Positions 9,856 to 17,856 of a DNA stretch of 24,809 nucleotides are shown here, piece by piece. Each line of letters opens with the position of its first letter. Position 1 is the stretch's first letter. The translations under genes and the position numbers were made by a program. The notes beneath the pieces are model-generated. The model did not search any database. It was given only the letters and a program-made list of their open reading frames with translations, and was not told the DNA's origin. This stretch comes from a virus (lineage: Duplodnaviria > Caudoviricetes), in IMG/VR virus record IMGVR_UViG_3300008117_000878, positions 1 through 24,809 of that record. One strand, given 5' to 3'.

Positions 9856-11739
9856 ATGGCAGATAATTCAATTCTTTGTTTAGAAGTAAACGCACCTTTA
9901 GACATAAATTTTAATGGAAATCCTATAAATTCGGGACAATATTGGGTTGTTTATGATTTCATTTTTGGGGGTGATCAACCTATTTGTGTTGAAACTGTAT
10001 CAAATGTCAATAATACATCTTCTCAATATTTAGCAGATCAACAATATACAAATTGTTATGATTGTATATCTAATAATAATGGTCTTATATATTTAAGTAA
10101 TTGTTTTGAATCTAATATAGAGGACCTTTTTATAGATGTGAGTGGATTGACAGAATCACAATATTTAGAAATATTTTCTATTATATCCGGAAAAACTGAG
10201 GAAGTTTTATATATTGAATTTTTATCCAATGGTACTTTACAGAAAGGTTGTTTTGGTCCAAAAGAAATTGGTACTCTATCAACAAATGATTATTTAAAAT
10301 TATCGGAACAATTACAGTTTCAAGGACAACAAATTGTGAACACTTTAAGTTATACCGCTCAAACAAGTTGTCAAAGTTGTTTAACCGGGGCATCATTTGT
10401 TTATGACGTTCGTAATTGTACTGGAGATATAATTGATTATGTGTATCTTCCTTATAATTTTCCTGAAGGAAATTTAATTTCTTATACGGATGGAATTAAT
10501 GAATTTTGTGGTATTGTGGGTCAACAAGCGTTTGAATTTGGTGGGACATATACATTTGTAACTGATTATGGTAAGTGTGATTCTAGAGATTGTTGTGATG
10601 TTTGTTTAGAAAACGTAAACAAAAGAGTTTTACTTGAAAACTGTTCAGATTCTGGAGATGTGGTAGTAGTTTGGGCATCTCAATTGTTTGGTGTGGGTGA
10701 ATCATCAAATTTAGAAATAAATGGAGGTTGTTATGAAATAATTGGTGAAACACTTGATCCTGTAACACAAAATGGATTTTTAGATTTTGAACCTCATCCT
10801 GGTTGTACATCTTGTCAAACTTGTAATGGTGTTAATTATGACTATTTTACTTGTGATGATGTGTTTGAGGGTTATTTGCAAACAAACCAAGTACTACCGT
10901 TTGGTTACGAATTTTTAAATCCATTTGACGGATTAATTTACAAACTCGGAAACCAAACAAGTACGTCATATAATATCTATATTTCAACGTTACAACCAGT
11001 AAGTTGTTCTGGTTTTCTTCCAACTTATAAAGTATGGTTGGCTAGAGAATGTTATACAAATACAATAGGACCAGTATATACCGATCCATCAAAACAGTCA
11101 GGTGATTTTGTTCAAATAATGTATGGTGATAATGATTTTTTATGTGTAGAATTAATTGAAGAGGTAGACCCAACTACCCTAGGGGGGGTGTATAACACCA
11201 AAAGAGATGGTGGTGGCAATACAATAACATATAATGATTGTGAGGAATGTATTGGAAATAGGACAATTGGTGTAAGAACAGTAAATTGTGATACACAAGA
11301 ATTACAAATTGTTGATTTAAATTACACCGCTTATACGGAACTTGTTCTTTCACAACAAGCACAAGATAGGTCAAGATCTAATTTTGCCACAAACCAATTT
11401 GTTTCATTTGGTTTTAATTGTTTTCTTGATACAAATGATATTTGTAGAACAGTAGTTGAGTCTTGTCCACAACAACCTGTAGGTAATTTAGTTGTTCCTG
11501 TAGAAAACTATTTTAGTTGTCCTACTTGTAGAGCTTTTAATCCTAGACCGGAACCAGACCCAGCTAGGAGTGCTGGTACTGAATATTTTGAATGTGTGAT
11601 ATGTTGTGATTGTGGAGCGACTGGAAGTACTGTTACTCAGGTATCACCACCACATCCAGTGTGGACCGATGGTTACGGGACTCCTGTTATACAAATGGGT
11701 TCGGCAACATTAGGTGGAATGTTTGGATTAAATAATTAA
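9856..11739 (+). CDS. Cysteine-rich modular protein A (about 7 C..C..CxxC modules plus conserved C-terminal tag)
   Basis: About 35 Cys in 627 aa, including YTNCYDC, QTSCQSC, CCDVC, GCTSCQTC, YNDCEEC and FSCPTC. Ends PPHPVWTDGYG...LGGMFGLNN. Confidence 0.85.
   Translation: MADNSILCLEVNAPLDINFNGNPINSGQYWVVYDFIFGGDQPICVETVSNVNNTSSQYLADQQYTNCYDCISNNNGLIYLSNCFESNIEDLFIDVSGLTESQYLEIFSIISGKTEEVLYIEFLSNGTLQKGCFGPKEIGTLSTNDYLKLSEQLQFQGQQIVNTLSYTAQTSCQSCLTGASFVYDVRNCTGDIIDYVYLPYNFPEGNLISYTDGINEFCGIVGQQAFEFGGTYTFVTDYGKCDSRDCCDVCLENVNKRVLLENCSDSGDVVVVWASQLFGVGESSNLEINGGCYEIIGETLDPVTQNGFLDFEPHPGCTSCQTCNGVNYDYFTCDDVFEGYLQTNQVLPFGYEFLNPFDGLIYKLGNQTSTSYNIYISTLQPVSCSGFLPTYKVWLARECYTNTIGPVYTDPSKQSGDFVQIMYGDNDFLCVELIEEVDPTTLGGVYNTKRDGGGNTITYNDCEECIGNRTIGVRTVNCDTQELQIVDLNYTAYTELVLSQQAQDRSRSNFATNQFVSFGFNCFLDTNDICRTVVESCPQQPVGNLVVPVENYFSCPTCRAFNPRPEPDPARSAGTEYFECVICCDCGATGSTVTQVSPPHPVWTDGYGTPVIQMGSATLGGMFGLNN
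11635..11739 (+). repeat. 105-nt C-terminal tag, copy 1 (copy 2 at 14244-14348)
   Basis: 90/105 nt and 31/34 aa identical to 14244-14348 by manual alignment. Confidence 0.9.
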
Positions 11740-11754
11740 AAATTAAAAATAAAA

Positions 11755-14348
11755 ATGGCAAATATAAGATACTTTCAAATATCATTGTGTAATTCACCAA
11801 AAGATTTTCAATATGGGGTTTATGTCGATGACCCAACATCCCAATTAAATGTTGGATTAATATACTCATTTAGTGGTCTCACCGGTAGTCTTAGATCTAT
11901 ACCGTTTGGTTGTTATGTCATCCGAAGTGAGAAAGATCCTGGTGGGGCTACTCAACCAAATGCGGTCGTTGTAAATTCATACATAAAAGACTGTGAATTA
12001 TGTTTATCAACAGAGTCAAACGCTTTATCATTCTCGGATTGTCAAGGGGTATTTGGTTCCGTTACCCTTGACAAAAATGATTTTTCACCAATACCAACCC
12101 CAGGTGATGTGTATTATTTGGATTTTTACCTATCAGGAAAAGAATTTGAACCGATTACTAGAATTACGGCATGTTTTGAATTTAAAGAATTGGTAATATC
12201 TCCCAGAATTAGTGGTGAATTGTACTCAGCTTCCACACAAACAGGGTGTGAGGACTGTTTATTAAACCAACCGATAATTTACGAAGTATATGAATGTTTA
12301 AGTGAAAACGTATACTACATACCTTTCCCAAATAATACCTACAGTGATCACCTAGTATCGTTTACGGACTTATTAGGTATTACCACATACTGTGGAATAG
12401 TTAATCGTATTATAGAGGGTGAACCAGCAACTGGTGAATTAATTTTTGACTATGGGAACCCAATTAAAACAGGAGTTTTCTGTGATGATTGTTTATCAAC
12501 AACAAACGAAAAAAAGAAATTAATTAACTGTTTAGATGGTCATGAAGATATTGTATGGACCTCAAACTTATTTACCGTTGGAGACGCTACAAATATATCG
12601 ACTGGTCAGGGTTGTTATGAAATAAGTCCAGACATCGTCGACCCAAGTGAACCGGTTACCTATACTGAATTAGCTGATTTTGACCCACATTCAGGTTGTG
12701 AGGATTGTCTTGAATGTCATGGGGTTACATATGACTTCACTTCGTGTAGTGAAGTAGATGTTTATGGGGAATTACTTAAAATCAACACAGGTGGTAACTA
12801 CGCCTTTAGTGTGGTTAATGATGGTACTTACGCTTACGTGGGTTACCGTGATAGTAATCAAGTTAGAAAAATTGATTTAACAACAAATTCAGTGGTTTCC
12901 ACAATAAATGTGGGTGTCGGACCTAGAAAATTGGGTCTAGATATATCTAACAATATTTTATCAATACCAAACTATAATAGTAATTCAATCACTTTTGTTG
13001 ATACATCAACAATGAGTCCATTTACACTCAGTCTTGGATATCCGTACTACCCTAAAGTTGCTTATTTTAACACAAATGATGGTTATTTTTACGTGGGTGT
13101 TGAAAACGCAACAGGTTCAGATGAAATTAGAATGTACACCGTACCATCTTATAGTTCCGTAACCCAAGTTAATGTTTTCCCGTCAATAATAGAGGGTGTA
13201 AACGACATACTCCAAATAGGAAGTTTGATTTATGTTTGTGGTACGGGTAATAATTATGTACAAATTTTTAATACGGCATACACCCCGGTTGGAACATTTG
13301 GGATAGCTTCCCAAGGGACATCAATGAGTTATGACTTGTCAAATAATTTATTATATGTTGCCACAGTTAGTACGACCTACACAGTAATAGATTTAAACAC
13401 ATCGTCAGTTTCAAACTACTCACCAGGACTTAATAGTTGCTGTTGTGATAAAGAAATATTATTTGATGGGGTTAATAATAAGTTATACATTACAGACCCG
13501 TGTCCGAATGAAATTTATGAGATAGACCCATCAACAAATACAATGATCCAGATTTACAACACAACTGACGGATCACCAAATGGAATGACAATATGGTCAA
13601 ATACCGTATACTTCACATCTTACTCAAGTCTAATAACAGTTGGGTTGTTATCACAATTTATTAACGGGTCGATAAATTCATATGAGTATATTCCAAATGG
13701 TAACACATTCTTCCACCCAGTTTATAACGTTTGTTGTGAAGTAACAAATACTAGACCTGATTTTGATGGTGACTATACATTCTACAGTTTATTATCATAT
13801 GACAACTGCGGTAGTTGTGAAATGGTGTCTCACGACTTATTTTATTGTGAAGAATGTAACACTGGTGTATCTGGAATATTAGTAGCACCAAGTGGTGTTT
13901 ATAACATTAATGACTTTGTTAAATCACATTGGGGAAATTCTAATTTTTTATGTTTTCAGATTTTAGATACATGGTCGGAAGTTAATTACGGTATCCCAGA
14001 TTTTATATTTGAATCAGAATCACACTTACCCTACTCAACGTGTGGTGAGTGTGAGTTAAACTCAACATTAGGTATTACTGTAATTAATTGTGATACGTTA
14101 GTTGAATCACAAGTAACATTAACCCTATCGGAATGGATAACCGTTACTGGATTCCCAAGGTTAGTACCTAGACCAACAATTAGTGACATTTACGGTAATT
14201 GTTTTACAGTCGTTAACACATGTCCAGTGGATAATATATACTTACACAGGTATCACCTCCACATCCAGTGTGGTCCGATGGATATGGAACCCCGGTAACA
14301 CAAATGGGTTCGGTGACATTAGGTGGAATGTTTGGACTGAACAATTAA
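11755..14348 (+). CDS. Cysteine-rich modular protein B with an inserted YVTN-type beta-propeller; frameshifted near 14243
   Basis: Collinear paralog of protein A. YAYVGYRDSNQVRKIDLTTNSVVSTINVGVGP is a YVTN repeat. The ORF as read stops at 14298, but the conserved tag TQVSPPHPVWSDGYG...GLNN* lies in the -1 frame at 14244-14348. Confidence 0.8.
14244..14348 (+). repeat. 105-nt C-terminal tag, copy 2 (out of frame with 11755)
   Basis: aca cag gta tca cct cca cat cca gtg tgg...gga ctg aac aat taa translates to the same tag as 11635-11739. Confidence 0.9.
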
Positions 14349-14360
14349 AAAAATATAGAT

Positions 14361-14819
14361 ATGAATTTAAATAGAATAATTAGGAGAGTTTTAATGGAGG
14401 AAGAACATATGTCATCAAGATATATGTTCTTCTCAAACCTTGAACAAATGAGACGACAGTGTGATTTACTATTGGACCTGGATCGGGAAATGGTGGAATC
14501 AATATTAGAAAATGGACATGATTGGGCTCAGGATCACATATCCGAAGCTAAAAACAACATGGATCAAGTTTTTGATTTTATTATGAACGAATCCAAAAAA
14601 GATGGGATGGAAATGTCAATGAATATTGACGATAAAGATATGATGTCTGAAGGTAAAAAAAAATCAGGTACTAAATTGTGTTCCAGGGGTAAGTCAGCAG
14701 CCAAATCCAAATTCGATGTTTACCCAAGTGCTTACGCAAATGGATACGCTGTCCAAGTATGTAAAGGTACAAAACCAGGACTTGATGGTAAAAAACGATG
14801 TTCTCCCCCTTATTGTTAA
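14361..14819 (+). CDS. Hypothetical protein, probable internal head protein with a C-terminal YPSAYANG Cys module
   Basis: N-terminus IIRRVLME and internal IMNE/MMSE resemble gp21-type cleavage sites. Basic C-terminal module KLC...YPSAYANGYAVQVCKG...CS..YC. Confidence 0.75.
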   Translation: MNLNRIIRRVLMEEEHMSSRYMFFSNLEQMRRQCDLLLDLDREMVESILENGHDWAQDHISEAKNNMDQVFDFIMNESKKDGMEMSMNIDDKDMMSEGKKKSGTKLCSRGKSAAKSKFDVYPSAYANGYAVQVCKGTKPGLDGKKRCSPPYC

Positions 14820-14834
14820 AAAAAAACCAAAAAA

Positions 14835-14865
14835 TTTGTTTAATTAGTTTTTTCGTGTATATTTG
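14835..14865 (+). promoter_or_regulatory. Bacteroidota housekeeping-sigma promoter (-33 TTTG / -7 TAnnTTTG)
   Basis: TTTG at 14835-14838, a 19-nt spacer, then TATATTTG at 14858-14865, 17 nt before ATG 14883. Confidence 0.65.
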
Positions 14866-14882
14866 TCAAACAAATTAACATT

Positions 14883-15314
14883 ATGAAAAAGAAACTATTT
14901 AGATTTTTTAGACGTTTAAAATTAAGATTCTACATTTGGTTTAAAAAGGGTCGAACACTACCAACATATGAAGAGGAAGCGACTACATATGAAAAAACAT
15001 GTTTTATGATTTGTTTAAAAGTAATAAAACACCCGTCAACCAAATTTATGATCGCTCCAATGTCTAATAAAAGGTATATGGAAAACAAAGAACTTGACAT
15101 ATTTGTTACTATGGATTATAAAAGAGTCGACTTAACAAATCATGTGTATCACTATAGTGTTAAGTTGTCCAATCGTGACTGGGAACGTATTACTCAAATT
15201 TTCGATATGGAAACTGAAAAAAGACGTTTAAATTATGAGGATGTTGTAAATTCACAGATTAAAAACTCACTACACAACGTTTTAGAAAGAATTTCTAATC
15301 TCGATAAGGATTAG
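14883..15314 (+). CDS. Hypothetical protein (143 aa, basic N-terminus)
   Basis: ORF with its own host-type promoter; overlaps the convergent gene by 33 nt. Confidence 0.8.
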   Translation: MKKKLFRFFRRLKLRFYIWFKKGRTLPTYEEEATTYEKTCFMICLKVIKHPSTKFMIAPMSNKRYMENKELDIFVTMDYKRVDLTNHVYHYSVKLSNRDWERITQIFDMETEKRRLNYEDVVNSQIKNSLHNVLERISNLDKD

Positions 15315-16187
15315 GTCAACCAACTTACCAATCGACTCGTTACGGGTCTTATATGAAGTCATAACAGGTTTTTGACCTTTACCACTTTGTGTATCTTTCT
15401 TTTCAGCTTTTCGTTTTTGTTGACAAGCAGCTTTTTTTTGTGAATCTGACATTTTACCAGCTACACCAGCTGCTCTACATTTAGGGTAAGCCCCCTTATT
15501 AGTGTCAGGTCTACCACATGGCGGATGTTTACCATCTACCTTTCGACAAATATTAACCCATGGACCTTTTGGTTGTTTTGACCCTTTAGGTTTCTTTTTA
15601 GTACCAAACCAAACCCCCAGGTCTTCATTAATTGTGTGTACCGGGTATGTCTCCACATCATGTGATTTTGTATTTGGATCCTTTTCCCAAACACCAACAA
15701 TACGTTTTACATTATTTTTAAGAGTCTTTTGTTTATGTTTTTTTGTGGTGTGATGATCAACCTCATCGGTATATGGTCCTAAAATATGTTTTTTCCATTT
15801 ACGTAAACCAAGTTCCATAGGTCCATTATACCCACCAGCTGATGTTGTGGTATCCACTTCATTTATTTTACCAGGTGACGGATTAATAACATTACCCTCA
15901 TCATCACTAAATGTTGAGTTCGGGTGTTTTTTTAAATACTCTGAGGATTTTTTAGCCTTTTTTTCAATTGATTTTATTTTCTTTTTTGGTGTGTCCATTT
16001 TACCATCATAACTGTCATATTCCAATTCTGGACTATCATATTTTGACACAGGTACTGTATATGGGTCCAATTGATCTTTTTTAAATAATCTAATCCCATT
16101 TTGGAGGGGTCCAATATAAGATCCTCGACTTCCATTAGTGGATGTTACTTCTTGTATTATTTCCTTTATTTTGTTATTACTTATCAT
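15282..16187 (-). CDS. Basic modular protein, probable processed internal head protein
   Basis: Two similar E-V-x-T/S-T..S.G.Y.GP...G.R..KK..L.PYT repeats, then an EDLGVWF...WVNIC...PCGR...YPKC module. Each module starts after an IxE site. Confidence 0.8.
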   Translation of the reverse strand: MISNNKIKEIIQEVTSTNGSRGSYIGPLQNGIRLFKKDQLDPYTVPVSKYDSPELEYDSYDGKMDTPKKKIKSIEKKAKKSSEYLKKHPNSTFSDDEGNVINPSPGKINEVDTTTSAGGYNGPMELGLRKWKKHILGPYTDEVDHHTTKKHKQKTLKNNVKRIVGVWEKDPNTKSHDVETYPVHTINEDLGVWFGTKKKPKGSKQPKGPWVNICRKVDGKHPPCGRPDTNKGAYPKCRAAGVAGKMSDSQKKAACQQKRKAEKKDTQSGKGQKPVMTSYKTRNESIGKLVDLILIEIRNSF

Positions 16188-16193
16188 TATTAT

Positions 16194-16201
16194 ATAAATA
16201 T
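16194..16201 (-). promoter_or_regulatory. ATATTTAT motif, putative phage late promoter
   Basis: Lies 6 nt before the - strand ATG at 16187, inside an 18-nt divergent intergenic gap. Confidence 0.55.
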
Positions 16202-16205
16202 CTTT

Positions 16206-16418
16206 ATGGAAGAAAAAGAGGAAATTTACGGTAATTTGTTTGGGTCTATAAATATCCTAAATGAAGAACATCTAGAACTTATGTTATCCACAATGGATAG
16301 GGAAAGATCGATTTATTTCCTGGTAGAATCCGTTAAATCAGCTCATAATAGGGGGTCGTTTACTATTGGTGAAACTGAAGTGATATCAAAAGCCATTAGG
16401 GTGTTATCAACTACCTAA
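16206..16418 (+). CDS. Hypothetical protein (70 aa)
   Basis: Start reassigned from 16101 to ATG 16206 (MEEKEEIYGNLFGSI), which avoids overlap with the divergent gene. Confidence 0.65.
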   Translation: MEEKEEIYGNLFGSINILNEEHLELMLSTMDRERSIYFLVESVKSAHNRGSFTIGETEVISKAIRVLSTT

Positions 16419-17707
16419 TTATTTTTCTCATTGTACCGTCCTCATATAACTCAAATAACAAACCATTTGTGTACTGGTCAACTTCCCTACCAAATACATC
16501 AACATATTTTAATACTTTTTTAAATTGTTTTGTATTGTCTAAAGATATTGGTCCATATGTTTTACATTTACCATCAAAATCATATTGTTTTAATATATAA
16601 TAATTAATGGTAAATTCATCAATGTTATCTAGATAACTATAATACACCTTTGTATTACTATTACCAGAAGCTGTTTTTGTGGAAACAATTTTCCATATTT
16701 CACCGTCAGTACTTCTTTCGATTTGAAAGTAATCTGAATTATATTCAGAAGCTGTAACCCACCTAATTAAATTAAATCCAGGATAAACCACACCGTCAAA
16801 CGACATAAGATCGACCGGTAATGATACGGGTGATGTTGAATTAATTGTTACAGCGAACCCACCCCAAGTACCAACATTAGATACATCTGTGGTCCATCGT
16901 ATGGTCAATTGTCCGGTCGAATTTGTCGCGGTTATATTTGGTGGTATTGTTGTACCATTTAATGTCGCTAAAAGTGTTGATGATGTATTTGGACCGTCAT
17001 ACACATATAAATAATCGTACCCAGTTTCTAAATCCAACTGTGTAAATGATAACTCCAATAGTTTTGTGTTATCGGACGGTGAAAATGTTACGGTTCTGTT
17101 AATGTTGTTACCATATCCGGTTAATGTTGGCCCAGATGGTCCACCATCATCAGTTAAAGTGTAAGTTAAGCTGGACGACAATGTTTGTGAACAACTTGAG
17201 AGTATTGGTATTAATAAATTTTGTGATGAGACAGTTGATGTGAGATTTAAATCGTCAACATATCTTTCATGAGCTCCAGAAGCTCGAGAATCTAGGAGTC
17301 TTATGAAAACATTTGTTAAACCAATAGATCCAATATCGAGTGTGTATTGTGTGTATGTTGTCGTGATTGTGGTTATAGACCCACGAGTGGTCCAAGTTAT
17401 ACCATCCGGTGACGTTTGTATATTTAGTGTCCAAGCGGTTGAATTAGCACTTCTACGATACCAGAGATAATACACCTGGATTAGATATCTGTGGTGTTCT
17501 AACCCAATCACCGGTACCATTAAACCCAATTGAGTGAGTACCAGTCCTAACTGGTGATGTTAAAACAATCATTGAATTTGATGACCATGTACCCCCTTGT
17601 GTTGGTAACGTACTTGTAAAACTTTCATGGATAATGTAATTACCACATTGTGTCCTAGAAATAAAACTAATGAAAACCATTAATAAAAAAATAATATGTT
17701 TTTTCAT
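16411..17707 (-). pseudogene. Secreted CUB-domain protein with a T9SS-cargo-like C-terminus, split by a frameshift at ~17464
   Basis: Signal peptide MKKHIIFLLMVFISFISRTQ (17707). CUB motif LSFTQLDLETGYDYLYVYDG...GF. LPVDLMSF..W.TASE.NSDYFQIERS.DG Ig-like module. CTD-like KYVDVFGREV...YEDGTMRKII. The frames join as NPGVLS(F)WYRRS if 2 nt are restored. Confidence 0.8.
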
Positions 17708-17727
17708 AATAAAAATCTTTGTACTTA

Positions 17728-17735
17728 ATAAATAT
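17728..17735 (-). promoter_or_regulatory. ATATTTAT motif, putative phage late promoter
   Basis: Lies 20 nt before the - strand ATG at 17707. Confidence 0.5.
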
Positions 17736-17807
17736 TTGTACAATATATTATCATGTCATAAATTAGTTAATAAATGAACAAAACATAGGTAAAAATTAAC
17801 ATATAAC

Positions 17808-17835
17808 AAAAAAGGTCAGATTTCTCTGACCTTTT
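17808..17835 (-). terminator. Intrinsic terminator after the major capsid gene
   Basis: Perfect inverted repeat aaaaggtcaga-tttc-tctgacctttt with a U-tract on the - strand, 21 nt after the capsid stop. Confidence 0.85.
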
Positions 17836-17856
17836 CTTATACTAAAGATATATTGA

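Noticed and set aside
1619-12196. Short antisense or nested ORFs (1619, 2213, 2398, 2632, 4604, 5693, 6859, 7427, 10181, 10583, 11174, 11687, 11993)
   Set aside because: They overlap well-supported + strand genes and show no motifs.
11635-14348. The 105-nt repeat pair as a diversity-generating retroelement TR/VR
   Set aside because: Mismatches are mostly synonymous third positions and not adenine-specific, both copies end genes, and no reverse transcriptase lies in the window.
14183-14374. 63-aa ORF as the continuation of paralog B
   Set aside because: Wrong frame; the homologous tag is in the third frame (14244-14348).
17744-17856. Possible ncRNA or tRNA in the larger intergenic gaps (also 21314-21439)
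   Set aside because: Only terminator hairpins and AT-rich sequence are visible, with no cloverleaf or T-loop motif.
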